In this document: positions 25,721-39,225 of the stretch, in pieces
How positions within the stretch are numbered: position 1 is the stretch's first letter
Layout of the letters: the number at the start of each line of letters is the position of its first letter
NCBI GenBank assembly: GCA_973895155.1
Contig: OZ316895.1
Location: 13,067,086-13,131,085 of the forward strand
DNA: 64,000 nt
From: Marsupella aquatica
Lineage: Eukaryota; Plantae; Marchantiophyta
Direction: 5' to 3'
Program-made: the position numbers and the translations under genes
The notes under the pieces: model-generated
The model's input: only the letters and a program-made list of their open reading frames with translations
What the model was told of the DNA's origin: nothing
The model's database searches: none

Positions 25721-28346
25721 TTGACAGGTTTAGGCCAAATCAGATCGAAGACCTTCCGACGAACATGCGGAAGATCAGTGATTCATGTGACTGTCCACGT
25801 ATGTAATAATCCCATCCAGTTGCACCGAATGGAGCTAAGTACAGAGTCGAATCGTGGCCGTCAGAGCGTCAGTCCTCGGTCTAAATTGGCCCGTAAATTG
25901 GACGAGCTTCTCACTCCGTATGGAGACGCACGTTCGAGAGGACAAGTGTTGTGAGGCTGTGATGAGTGTGAATGCAACACTGTTAGGTAGTCGCAATCAG
26001 TCGAAACTTCAGAGCAACGTAAGGTGTTGTTGGCTCGTTGCCCTCCTGGCTGATGATATGGTTGCCGCCACTGTTTGTAAGGTTCGAACAGTCAGGAGGA
26101 TCGAAGCTCATGTACAGTTTGACTAGACTGATTGCTGAGTGATTCTTGCATTGATTTCTACTGCCTTCGACTGACAACATCACGTGTGCAGCCGGTACTA
26201 CTGAGGTACAGTATCGGACGCCAGCCTTTTCCTCGTTCGTTCCGTTCCATGCTGCTTTCGTTCTCGGTGTTCTCGAGTCAACGAACGTGCCTATACACTG
26301 CTCTCCAGAATCGTATCACATACAGTTCGACACAAAAGAAAAAGAATCGTATCACATCGTATCGCCTTGTTGTTTAGCACCGTGACCGCCTGACGGGGCT
26401 AATTGTTAAGCATAATTATTGTGACTCTTGCCAGGCGCTAATGCGAACGATTGCACTGTGGCAATGCCGGTATGGCGGGGTGACTGACGATGGCGACTCA
26501 CAGAGAAATATGACATCAAGGAACCTTCCAAATAATCCCGTCATCCCGTCAGGTCCGATCGGGTACGGTACGAATGTCGTCCAGTCCTCCACACGCGCGG
26601 AGGCCCCCGCGTGCTCTAGGTCTGACCGTATGACCTCTTGTCAATGTGAGGAGAGAGAGAGCTCAAAGCTGCTGAGCTGCAGCTCGAATCGTGCGCGCAT
26701 AAACTTATTCCGTTTCGGTTTTGTTTGTCCATACTTAGAGCCTGTAATATACCGTACAAGTACTTTCGAGCATCAGATTACGAAAACTTCGATTGTAACT
26801 GCAGCTAGGATCGCGCGGGACAATTTCTTCCGGTTTTGTTTGTTCATGCTTGGAGCTTATCGATGTACTCTACAGCACTTTCGAGCGTGACAGCCAGAAA
26901 ACTACGATTGTAGAAAAACTACGGTGACGTGTATACCGTGCCATGAAGGACCTTTCGAGCATGGCAGCCAGTCCCCTTATGATCTCCCAACTTTCGAGCG
27001 AAACTTACGGAATTTACGCAACAAGCCCCATATATAACAATTTTAGGGTGTCTCCACGTTTAGAACCACTCAGTCACTTTACATAATGATGATTTCCAAA
27101 CAGATTGACAAACGAAAGGAGGACTAACGTGAATGCATGACCATTCAAACATCCAAGGGTCATATCTGGAATCCGATCCTGCCAGCTAATTCATTGTGTG
27201 GACTTGATGAAGGAAATAGCAGCGCGGCGACCACTTCAAAGCAACGTACCTGCTCCTGTTTCTTTGCATGATGGGGAACATCCTGTCCTGTAAAGTGAAC
27301 AGCCTCGAGCCACAGAAACTGAGACTGTCAGAGCCCCGCACCTCGATTGTCACGCTCCGGCAGAGCACCCATAAAGGGACGACTGCGCATAACAAGACGA
27401 GAGTTCGGAATTTAAATTTCATTCCCTAATCATCAGGATTACTTTACAATCAAGATAAGCGATCCGAATTTTGTACTGATCCACCGAAAAGCCGAGCTCA
27501 AGTTGTCAACTTCGGTGGACTGTAACGTCGGTTCTCTCAATGCTCGGTCATTTATAGTAACTCAGCAATATGTCTCTTTTTCGGCTTGTACTCTAACAGG
27601 GTTGAAAGTAACGCAGCAAGAACAGGAGTATTCTATGTTCCGACTAGTCGACGGGGTAGGTTCCATACTCGACTGACATTAAGGCCGGCTGCTAAAGGCC
27701 TAAAGCGATCCTTCTTCTTTGCTCCGCTGTATAACTCTACTTTGAAGAAATACAAATCTAGTTACGAAACTACAGACTCCGACGGTCATGTTTTACTGTG
27801 ACTGGTACTGCATCGATTGAGAATTCTGAGAAGTACACGGATGTCTTGCTTCGGTGGTCAACGGCTGACATTGATCTAGGTTACAGGAGTATCTGACAAT
27901 TTGCTCCTTTGACCCTGAGCTTCATGTCTTTCATGCCGATGTCAAAGGTTTGCAGCGTTCACTGTACACAGCTCTTAGATCATCGTTAGGACGCAAGGAA
28001 TGGCACTGTCTTGCCACCGGAGGAAGCTAATTGAATGAAATTGAAGATTGCCTGTTATAATTTTCTAAGGGTGTTGAAAGACTGATTAACCGAAGCTTAC
28101 AATTTCGACAACGAAAGTGATTCAAAATCTGCAACGGATAAGTTTCCTTAGTTTAGGACATGTGACCTGGATGAGTAATCGAATAACCAAATACTTCGCT
28201 ACAGGATCGTAATCAGGAACAAGTCAATTAAGTATTTGGAGTCTACGACGCGAATGGGAGGGGATTATTAGTTCCAAGCCTTCATAATGAAGGGAAGGAC
28301 TATTTGCCGAGTAATGTGATAAGTGCTTCTGGTGAATTTAGCGCTA

Positions 28347-28659
28347 AATGAGAATAGCAAACTTCAAGTATGAACTCAAATCAGATTAACCTCTCCAACT
28401 GATTACAAGCATTTTGTTTACGGTTTCGAGTAAGCAATTCTCATAAATTGCAGAGTTGTCAAAATTCGACCTCTTCAGGTAGAAAAAGGAATTAGACTTT
28501 AAAACCGTTCACTTTGTCGAGATCGAATTTTGACAACTCTGCAAACAAATTTATGAGAATTGCTTTCGAAACCGTAAACAAAGTGCTTATAATCAGTTGG
28601 AGAGGAGTTGGAGAGGTTAGTCTGATTTGAGTTCATACTTGAAGTTTGCTATTGTCATT
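28347..28659. repeat. Long inverted repeat (foldback); arms ~127 and ~141 bp, loop ~45 nt
   Basis: Arm 28347-28473 (AATGAGAATAGCAAACTTCAAGTATGAACTCAAATCAG...GAGTTGTCAAAATTCGACCTC) is the reverse complement of 28519-28659, apart from a few substitutions and small indels. Confidence 0.93.
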
Positions 28660-31444
28660 ATTGGTTAGTTTTGGTGTGTTAATGTCAAAGGTTCAGAGAA
28701 ATCAAAATATCGATCTGAGCAAATGAAACTAATATGTATCTGTACACATACCTTCCGATTCTGATCGCGCAATTGAAATTAGCGATCTGAGGAGATGTAT
28801 TGGAATAAGGAAGAGATTATCCGGCAACACCTTCCCTTGTATCCCCCTTAACTACGCTTCTAGAGCATGCTCCGGTTCCCACCCGTTTAACCGGGGTTTA
28901 GGACGTGCAGCAGGCCAATGCGGCATCCTGGGCTAATAATCCATCATGTTTGCGAGCAGTTGGTCGAGAGGGACGCCAAAGGGGACTGCCCTTCTTGGTG
29001 ATCCACGTAGTCTCGTACCTTGTGAAAATTTGCACAGCACCATAGTAACTCAATTGGTCTCGGGCTACGGAGAATTCTTCGAATCCAATTTATCAAATGC
29101 TACACAATGAACTGAAACATCTATGGAAATCTCAAAGGTAAACTAGACTTGCAGTGATCGCGGCAGTGATAATCTCTGACAGATCCTTCCTAGCTATTTG
29201 ATCATAAAGCAACGAATCTGTTAAAGGGCCATTCAGAGACACTTTTATAGGTATATACTTCAAGGTAGGCTGGGCGCTGTTTCCATTTGAGCAGATCATT
29301 AATGTTTGAAGAATCTATCAGTATGGAGAAATTGATGAGGCGAACCTCAAGAAGGTTGAGTCCAGCTGTGTGCCTGTGCACCCTAAAGGGTCTTTCGACA
29401 GAACGTCAACTAGCGATCGGAGCGTACAAGCACTGAGAGCTATAGATCGAGCAAGCTGCAGCATCACATTGGTGCTGCACCATTCCTAGAGATGGCACCT
29501 ACCGCAACATTTCCTCAAAAGTTGACGGACGTGTCAGTAGCATGCAGTCACCCGAGGAACGAAACAGACGTGGACAAAGTATCAGACGCAGACTAAATAT
29601 CAATCTTCAGCTAACTTGTCCCGAGACTTGTCCTCGTCATGGCATTCGCAGACCCGTTGGCAGATAGAAGACATCTGCGATTATGATCGAATCAAAACCG
29701 AGGTTTCCTTGACGTCGAAAGGTTTATTAAAAATTTCTAAGAAAAGCAGCTTTTACATGATGGTATGTCCCAAGGTATGCCCAAACAGTCTTGTAGCTCG
29801 ACAAGTAACAAATCACATGTTGATCCGTACATTTGTTCGATCGACTGCTGAACCGAAATGTGTTCAACTTTTTCTCTGACAGTTGCGCTTTACTCATTAT
29901 TGCATGCAGCAATTCTACATAATTATCCACGTCTATGGTTTCCACTCTGAACGAGGAGTCGAGGACTTTCAAGCCAGAACATCACGTTTGACTTCGTAAC
30001 CGGGCGGGCCTTATTAATTACAGATCATGACTATCTTACCTTCTGAAGTCTCGCCTGAGCCGAGCCAGAAAGTCTTGTAGTTAAGAACTGATATAACTGA
30101 CTATGTCACCTGAAGAAGAGCGAACTTTAGAGCGAAGCTCGCTCCAGACTGGCTTAGAAACATTTGAAGTACAATCAAAACTGCAAGTTCCAATACAGTG
30201 ATTTTGATTTGAGGATAAAACTTAGCTCGAAGTCGGCAGAGGATACTTCGTCAACGCTTATATACGTATGACTGTGTACATAAAGCGCGTCCAGTGATCT
30301 CCAGTCTGAAACAGTTCAGCTTTTGCTGACTGACAGGTATGTTGAACGTTTCCCTTGTTTTCCAAGGTGACATTCCTTTAATTTGCTCTTTTCATGTGAG
30401 TTTTTTTCCATCCACCCCATCCATCCCATCCATTCTGGATCGAATGATCGTAAATATGTACGATCCCTACACTCTTTGGCAAACTAACGAGTTTCAATAC
30501 ACTCGCTTAAATATTCACAATGGAGCCTGGTCATTACAACGTTGATATCCTTTCGCACATTCGTACAGCTTTAAATCGGTGGGTAAAACTCACACTAGCC
30601 CCGAAAGTTCTGAGAACAATAGACTTCAACAAAAGGAAACGAGAGAGAAGAGGTTGAGTAGTAGATGAGATACATGAAGTACTTTCACATTTACAATCCT
30701 TCATAGATAGATTGCAGCAGAGTAAGAATACAAGGTAGAATAGTCGGTAACACTTGAAAGTGTGCTGACATCTGATTTCGTTGACTTAGAGTTCCCAAGA
30801 GGGTGGTGAGGTGCCTGGCTCAACTTTTATTCGTGTAGCTATGCTTCAATAGTATGACAATGACAGTGAGCACGAGGATAAAACGAGGAGTGAAGAAAGT
30901 CGGCCACTACGATTGCCAGAACACCTCACTCGTCGAGCTTTAGAGATTGGACTTTTGTAAATACTTGAACGTCAGGATGATTAATTGCGAATCCATAAGT
31001 GGTCCCCTTAGTACCAGGATTGAATGCTCAAACTAGCAGCAGCTGTCGATTGAGCTGTCCTGAGCATTCGGATTTTAAACCACTAGCCTAACTGCAACAG
31101 CTTTTCCTCAAACCTCAGCCCTGCAGTTGCCTTCCCCACCTATTGTCTCACCTGTCAAACTTGCCGCCACCCAGAGTCCAGAGGATTCATTCTGGACCAT
31201 AGGGTCCACTGTCCAGGGTGCAGCTTTAGATCGCAAATTATTACAGTAGTTAGATTCATTACCACCCCGCAATTCGTCCACTGGTGTACTGCCTTTGAGT
31301 GCTGAATTGGTTAGCTTTTTGCGACTACGTCCTTTCATTCCCTCTCGATAATTGCAGTAGTTCATTTCTGCAATGCCCTTGAATACTGAATTGATTCCTT
31401 CGATAAAGGCTGAGTATCCAGACGAGACATTCATCTCACGAGTT

Positions 31445-32025
31445 AGATTTTCTATTGATTGACACCAAAAAGGCAGACTTCTTATACCTGTCTTATGAAA
31501 AAGGATGTAGACTCACGCTATATAAACAAGACACTTATTGCGAGACAGATTCTATTCATTTAACACCAAAAAGGCTGATGTGATATAAGCAGTCTTGTCT
31601 ATTGGGATGTGGATCCAGGGCATCCAAACAAGACGGTCAGCTGAAGGGATAGATTTGCTATTGAACTGACGCCACAACGCTGATGTTTATAGCTGTCTTA
31701 TCTAAAAAGGAGGTCAGCTGAAGGGATAGCTTTGCTATTGAATTGACGCCACAACGCTGATTTTTTATAGCTGTCTTATCTAAAATGGAGGTCAGCTGAA
31801 GAGATAGATTTGCTATTGAATTGACGCCACAACGCAGATTTTTTATAGCTGTCTTATCTAAACAGGATGTAGATCCAGGGCACCATGCAGGACACTCACC
31901 TCAAGACTTGGATTGTCTACTGATTTGACACTGAAAAGGCTGATTTCTTTTAGCTGTCTTAGTCTAAAGGGATGTACATCCAGGGCATTCAGACGAGAAG
32001 ACATTCACCTCAAGACTTGGATTTT
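31445..32025. repeat. Degenerate minisatellite: three near-identical 77-78 bp units flanked by diverged ~100 bp units
   Basis: GGTCAGCTGAAG.GATAG.TTTGCTATTGAA.TGACGCCACAACGC.GAT.TTTATAGCTGTCTTATCTAAA occurs at 31635, 31712 and 31790. Related ACAC..AAAAGGC.GA...GTCTT...GGATGT units lie on both sides. Confidence 0.88.
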
Positions 32026-33299
32026 TTTCAATATAGAGACTGAATTGACGGCACCTGTACTGAGCATAACAGGTACCCATTTCTAGTTAACTCCTAGGCG
32101 CGGTGGTATGCGACCCAAGATCCTTGGTCGTCGTTCGATCTTCTCTGTTCACATGGTCTTCAGTTTGGCCATGTGAACAGAGAAGATGGAGTGGGAAAAA
32201 GGAACATGTTTTCGTATTTTCATTCACAACATTGTTAGCCTTGGAAGGACTCACCTGTCGACAGACGAGGGGATCAGAGCAATATGAGTATCCAAATCGC
32301 CGCAGACGAAATTGGACGGGTAATCCAAAGTGGTATTAATGAGGCCCATTGATAGTTCTAGTAACCTGGCCTTGGTAGTTACAGAATTTTATCAGCAAAC
32401 TATAAAACCTCTACTCTTAGTGAGCGGTTGTTCTTTGGTCAGACCACGGTAGGAGCAGCGCACAAGAACTTGAGAAAGAGGACCTGTAAGCATCATAAAA
32501 AGCCTGGCAACGCTAGCTTTATGACTACATGATTGGGTCTTTTGGACAAGTAGAGTGTGATACAAGGTAAGGACAGGAACAGTGATATTAGACTAGCAAC
32601 TAGGAAAACGGAATCAGTCTTCAGATAGGATGCGCATAAATCACGGTGAGGACTGAGCGCCCGTTTGATGGGGTAGATAAGTGGAAACCAGAGAATGGAA
32701 GATTGCAGACCACACAATATTAGATCAGGATACAATTTGTGCCGGAGTACAGTGGTTCCTAAACTCATGGTCCTCGCCAACATTTCTGTTTTGTGCATTT
32801 CTTCATGCTAACAGCAATTACACCTCTTTCATTCGGACAATAAATGTGTAACTGGGTGGCATTCTTTCAATGTGGGACGGCTGATACAGAGCAACTTTAG
32901 CAGGAGCTAGTAGACGATAAATCAAGTTCTTGAATAATCTACCACATAATTAGAACAGGTCAAGCAATTCACGGAAGCACCCGATGTACAAAAAATACAT
33001 GGATTTTACGTCATTGGGGCTTCAGATTTTCTTTTGTTAATCAATCTCACCTAATCATATGTACAAGGAGTGCAGACCAGGATGACCAAATCAGTATCAT
33101 ATGTAAAATATCCCATAGCAGCACCTTCCTTTCATGCTTGAAGCTTATATACTTAACTGCACAAATGCTATTCTCAATAACCTAAAGACTCGTGAGATCT
33201 GAGAACCCCGGAATTTGTCAACACTTGGATACTAGGAAAATTAATTTTAACAAAATTGGACAGCATCAACAGACGCTTAAAAACCTCATCGTGCCCTGT

Positions 33300-36200
33300 C
33301 TATCTTGATTCTGCTGACTTTGAGTAGCTATCTGCAGCTTGAACTAGCGATTGCAAGGACACTCGGACTCCAGGACCCATCTGCAAGAAGACACATTTCA
33401 AGTCATTGAGGTGAACAAGTACTAACAACAACGAAGACCACAAGAAAAAGGCACCGATCAATCATAGGACTTCTCATGTTGCAGTGCATACCGTGGAGGT
33501 AATCACAAAACTGTTTACATAACCTGCGTATCTTGAGGCTGCAACAGAAATACATTATCGTATTAATGCCTGTGCAAGAAACATGAAATCATCGCCAGCT
33601 TCATACAATGCATCGGGTAAGACCTAAACGTTTTTTTGCCTGATAGTCAAGCACTTAGCCCTCGATCTGAAGCCATGCACGTGCACTGTCAATTGTTTTG
33701 TATGGATGCTCACAAACACCTTTTTCGTACAGCTTGCTCACACATGTCCTTTCTTGCCCATGCACTCAGATGAGGGTAGATTCGTTACTACAGATGTCGT
33801 GAAACCCCTAAATGTAAAACCAGTCTTTGACTGAAAATTTGACAGCTAAAACACAGATTGACGAGTTGAGATAAGTCGAGTTTTGATCAATTTTCGAGTT
33901 TGAGACAAGAGTTTGCCTACGCTACAACCAATAGGTATGGAGACTTACTCTTCTTCAGGCCTGTGGGCTTTGCAGCCAGTAAGGCTCCAGTGAAGGCAGC
34001 AATGTTCTCCAAAAGAGCCTCGTCCTTGAAGCTGACCTGCAGATTATTGCCATAACATTAGAACACTCCATCCTGTAAGTCATATCTTCATCACATCCCA
34101 TGCTACACAGAACTAATAACTTCCTGACTGAAGCCAACACTGACAAAGTATATAAACTACACCGCCATCAAAGGAGTCCGGTTCCATAACAGTCGCCGGG
34201 ATATCCACAAGTTAATAATACTGATCGGGACTGTTTTGAGTTTGTGAATAGAGAGCCTATGCTGTTTGTTTCTATTCGAATCGTTCTACCTATCACTGCC
34301 AGACGCCAGAATGAAGAAACATACCTTGCCAAGACCAGCATGCACTATACCAGACTTGTCTGCTCGGAAGTCTACTCTTCCTTTCTTGGCGGCTCTTACA
34401 GCCTCTGTAACATTGGTAGTCACAGTTCCTACCTGATATATCCAAGCAGTACAGAAGAGTACAATCGATTTTAGATTTTCAACTCGCGTTGCATTCATAT
34501 TCTCAGAAATCACTTTAACAATTTCAAGTGTCTCAGTTGCCGATCGAGAAGCCTAAACTGAATGTCTCACGACAACGGAACACGACATCTATCAATCAGA
34601 GACGACTTGCACGAGATGAAAGGACTAAAGAAGCCATCAGCAGTCCTTCACCCTACAGTCACGAAGTTTGGGTTATCCAGAAAGATGAACTGCTCTGTTT
34701 TTCTCATCAGAAAGGGAAGAAACTGGAATGAGAAATGCTTACTTTGGGATTTGGCATCAACCCACGAGGTCCCAAGATGCGGGCCACCTGGAGCAGCAAA
34801 TTGAAAATGAGCCAGTGAGATACCAATGACACTCTAGTAACACTCTTCGAGGGTCACCAGTGCAAGATCAAATTCATTCATCACCACAGTTGAGCGAGTT
34901 TCGATTTTAACCTTGCCAAGCTTGGGCATAAATGACGGTGTAGCTATGCACTTATCAAAATCTAGCTTGCCTCCACCTGTAAATCCCATCCCAAGAACAA
35001 TGTGAGGATCGGAAAATTCCTCCAATTAGTAGTGAAGTTTGTAGCAGCTCAAACTAGATTGTGACATAATTCATGCCAGAAATTCACACTCTAGGATGTG
35101 CTTAGTAAAGCCGTCGGAATAGCATGTTGGCAGAGACTCCAAGAGATCGTGAGAGACAACAATGGATGCAGTTTAGACAGGAGTTAAGGAACTGGCTGTA
35201 CTTTCTTGAATCTCAGCCACTAGCGCATCACCTCCCACAACATCCGCACCAGCATTCGTGGCCTCCTCAGCTGCGGCTCCTTCTGCGAACACAGCTACCC
35301 TGACAACCTATCCCAAGACTCACTTGATATTTTCTTCGTACTGCAAACTGACCAGAAATGTGGAAACTACTCGCAGGAACTTGAACAGAAACAGTACTGC
35401 ACATCAATTGCAAAGCATTGTAGAGTTTAATACCTTGCCAATACCATGTGGAAGAGTTGCAGCACCGCGCACCGTCTGCCATAAGTGGATGTTCAAACAA
35501 TCAATCTCGCATGTAAATCGAAAGGTTCCGGGTTTAAAGTTTAAGATGTCACAGAGACGTATATTGCATATTAGTCCTGACATTCTCGCATTTGAAAGGC
35601 ATGACATGGCAGTCAGGACGACTCCTCTTCAAGTCATTCTGAGACTATTTAAATTGAGACTTTTGTGGGTCCAAAAAGCACTTCAATACTAACAGACTAC
35701 CCATAGGAGAATCATCGGCCTCTGTTACGGAGCTCAATTTCCATCTACTCAACTGAGGTAAAATCTAGCCAATGGACTCATTGAGCAGGACCCCAACCTG
35801 GTCACTCCTACGAGGATCGATTCCAAGCCGCACATGAGCTTCAAGACTCTCGTCGAAACGTGCACGAGCATTGGCCTGCATTGCCAAACAACCAGATCAC
35901 GCGCTTTCAAAGCTTATTGAAACCCCTCAGCCAGAGAGAGGGAGATGAGAGCCAAGGAGACACCACAAAATGAGGTGTTGTATGGAATATGGTCTCCCAT
36001 GTATAGAGAGATTGTGAAGAGATTGCAATATTTTTTTTCAATCATTAAATTCCAGACTGGCTTGAAAAATGGTCACAAATGTTCGCGGAACCCAAAACTA
36101 CCCTAAAACCCTGTAACCAACAAGCAGCGACCTTAAACCCTGATCGCAAGAAAAAGAATTAAATCGCTGACGGCTGATCCAGACCTTCACTTCACGTATG

Positions 36201-36628
36201 GCGTCGGCCAAAACAACGGGATTCCGCTTCTTCAATTGCGCAGCCTTCAGCAAGGTAGGGTAAGCCAGCTCCTTCGCTTCCTTCTCGCGCTTCAAGTCCT
36301 CGTCCTCATCCTCCTCCGCAATCTCTTTGGCCAGCGCCTGCAATTGTTCAGGCGTCAGATCCTCGGGAAGATTGGCCACACGAGGCTTCAGGACGGAGGA
36401 GTCGTCCTCCTCGCCGGGCTCCGTGGGATCCGAGGCGAAATGCTTTGCATCGGCGATCGAGTTGACGGGAGCGACTTGTTGAGGCACATCCGTCGCAAAC
36501 AGAGCTTTCGAGCGGAATGGGAAATTGTAGCTGGCAGATTGGAGGCTGAGAGACGATTTGGTTACAACACATTGGGAGAGTGTGGAACGCTGGTGTAGTA
36601 GCTGCCTCAGGAGGGCTGCCATCGCCAT
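33300..36628 (-). CDS. RPL1: Bacterial-type 50S ribosomal protein L1 (uL1), nuclear-encoded, probably mitochondrial; 367 aa, 10 exons
   Basis: GT-AG exons 36628-36185, 35875-35798, 35475-35434, 35307-35202, 34976-34912, 34787-34743, 34432-34325, 34036-33949, 33538-33492 and 33380-33300 total 1104 nt in frame. uL1 motifs: [97 protein letters not shown]. The Arg/Leu/Ser-rich, acid-free N-terminus suggests a mitochondrial presequence. Confidence 0.95.
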
Positions 36629-39087
36629 CGTTGGGCTCCTCCCAGGTCTTTGCCTCCTTCGCCCAGCTCAAACCTTTCGTCGAAAGAGAAACTGAGTCAA
36701 AAGACGAAGGGACAGTTTTCGACAAAGTTTCGTGGCACGACCTGTTTTTCGATAGAACAGAGGTCTCAAGCCTCAAAATTTGGACTCAAGCCTCAAAATT
36801 TGATGGATCTTAAGTTTGCAGTTAAGGACATAAATAGTTAACTATTAGTAAATTCAAAATCCTTGGATTTTTTTCTCATAAAGACTGCTCATATGCCAAA
36901 TGACTATAAGTCACTCCAGACGGTAGTGGGAAAATTAAAATACATAACATTGTGAAAAAGCTGTGGCCAAAAGCCATTGTGTGCAGCTGTAAAGCTTAGA
37001 TAGGCCCTAATAGACCTATTAGTAAAGTCAAGTGATATTGAGTGCAACTTTTAAAAACACTAAATAGCCCAAATGCCAGAGTTTTAATTGTTAGAAATTA
37101 ACTCTATGTTTTTTACTGTTGAGTTTGGTCTCACAAAGGTTAGTTAACCCTTGATTACTCAGGGACAAATCCACTAACTTAATCCACACTTCTTAGTATT
37201 GCTTGGGGGATACAAGTTGGAGGAAAAGCATTCTCTTCCTCATTCTTGACATGTATTACACTCTAGTGTTTTGGATTTTACACGGAATTTTCACTGTGGT
37301 GTCTTGACTATTTGGTGGGAGATTGAGTGTACTCTCATGTTCCGCTTATGCGCTGCCTAGTGTGAGCTGTCTGGTTTTGTATATTAATTTTAATACAATC
37401 ATGATAAATGAATAGATGATGAGTTCCATTTCACTGCCCTAACTGTGCCCTAGTGGAAGGGGAGAGTAACAATGTAGAGGTTTCACTATAGATTGTAGGC
37501 CCTTATCCTAGGTTTTGATCAGGCTTTGCTGAATAGATTTCAGAAATCTATCTGGTCCCAATTTGATTTCAAGACTTTTGAGATGATACCCTGTGGATTG
37601 TGACAGAGTTTACAACTTCACTCATTGGTGCCCTTCTCATTTCCAAAAAGTATTCAAAAGCAAAGGTTCTATATTCAATATATCCCTTGATATACCTGAG
37701 GATATACCCAAATAGTCTCTTCTTGGGCTAGTTAGAAGAGGTAAATGTAGAGGGTGAAACTCCAAAAAGTGAGGTGACTTAGACCCAGAAAAGTGTAACT
37801 GTAAACACTCTTTAGAACCTGTTAAGTCACCAAAACTGAGGTTGAGTTTTGCATCAGTCTTGACATTGCAAGTTGAGCAAAGACATGGACACTTCTACTG
37901 AATAGAAGCAGCACAAAATCATTCAATGCGAGGCGGCCCAGGCTACTGTGAAGAACTTGCAAACAGAACTTGCATGGTTTGCACTGAGTATGCTCAAGGA
38001 AATTTTCTAGATAACAAAACGAGAAACTCAGCAGCAAATGTAGAGGATTGAGCAAACACCGAGCTCTACTCAGTTGCTTCTTGAGCGAAGATCATGATCA
38101 ACAATTCCAGAGTTGCACACACAGCATACATGTTCTCTCAATTGTGAATTTATAACAGGAGGTGGTCTAAACTATTCCCTCCTCTGGCTTCTTCAATCAC
38201 AGGATTTGCATGTTTTTAACTACATTTTCAAGGAAAAGATTTTGGGTCTTGTCCCACTCCTTGCTCTTAAGATAGACAAGAAAGTGGCCTTCCAGTTTGC
38301 TTTGGTGAAGAAGAAATTCACCTGTGCCCCAATGTCTTGTCAAGTCACCCTATTCTCAGTCTTAAACTGCCACACTGAAGGAGCACAGAATCCTGGGATG
38401 TGGGTGTTGGTAGGAACAGGCTGCCATACAACTACAAATGAGGAGAGGAAGAAAAAGAGTGTAAGCATTTAATAGTATCCTAGGCCTGGAATATGAAATT
38501 GTGATCGCCTGTCCCTGTGGAAGCTGGAGGGTTCTCAATCCAAAGGCATGCCATGTTAGATAGAAGGTCTGACTATTAGGTGACACACATGCAAGGAAGT
38601 AACAATTTGATAAAGTAAATTTGATTGCAGTAATGTGATATCAATGAGAGTGGTGGTGTAGTTGCTTTGCCATCCGACAAAGAATTGGATTGCCATGCTT
38701 TTGCATGAGTTACTGATCTAAGAATTGAAGCATGCCATGTTATGTGACAGATCTCAACGTGCAGCATTGACGAGGGCGGTTAATTTCACTGGGTGAGAAC
38801 AGAGCCAGAAGTGCCAAACCATCGCATTGTTTATGGGAGGAATTCAGGGAGACAATGTAGTTGCATTGCATGATGATAATGGCGAGAGACGTTTCATCAT
38901 CACTCGAGAAAATCAGAGTCACAACCATCGATCCCATGGGGGTGCGATTATGCTGCGAAGATGAATTGCATAGACAAACAGCGAGTACACACCACCAATC
39001 TCAAGAAAGCTAGATAAGCAATGCCACATGACATGGGCAGGTTCACACATTGAAATAATTCACTCCAGTTGACATTCAATTTTAGTT

Positions 39088-39225
39088 TTACATCTGCCAG
39101 AATAGTGGCAGCCATATCTCCCTAACATCTGCCAGAATGGTGGCAGCAACAATGTCTCTAACATCTGCCAGAATAATGGCAGCAACGATCTCGCTCACAT
39201 CTGCCGGAATAATGGCAGTAACTAT
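39088..39225. repeat. Short tandem repeat (~35-37 bp unit, core ACATCTGCC.GAAT..TGGCAG) x4, mirrored at ~53195-53335
   Basis: Core occurs at ~39090, 39125, 39161 and 39197. Each unit contains a small inverted CTGCC...GGCAG. Confidence 0.8.

Noticed and set aside
30812-30821. TGCCTGGCTC, matching the 5' half of miR160
   Set aside because: The match stops after 10 nt and no hairpin partner is visible.
25117-32025. Tandem arrays considered as CRISPR-like
   Set aside because: Units repeat along their whole length with no unique spacers, there are no cas genes, and the context is eukaryotic.
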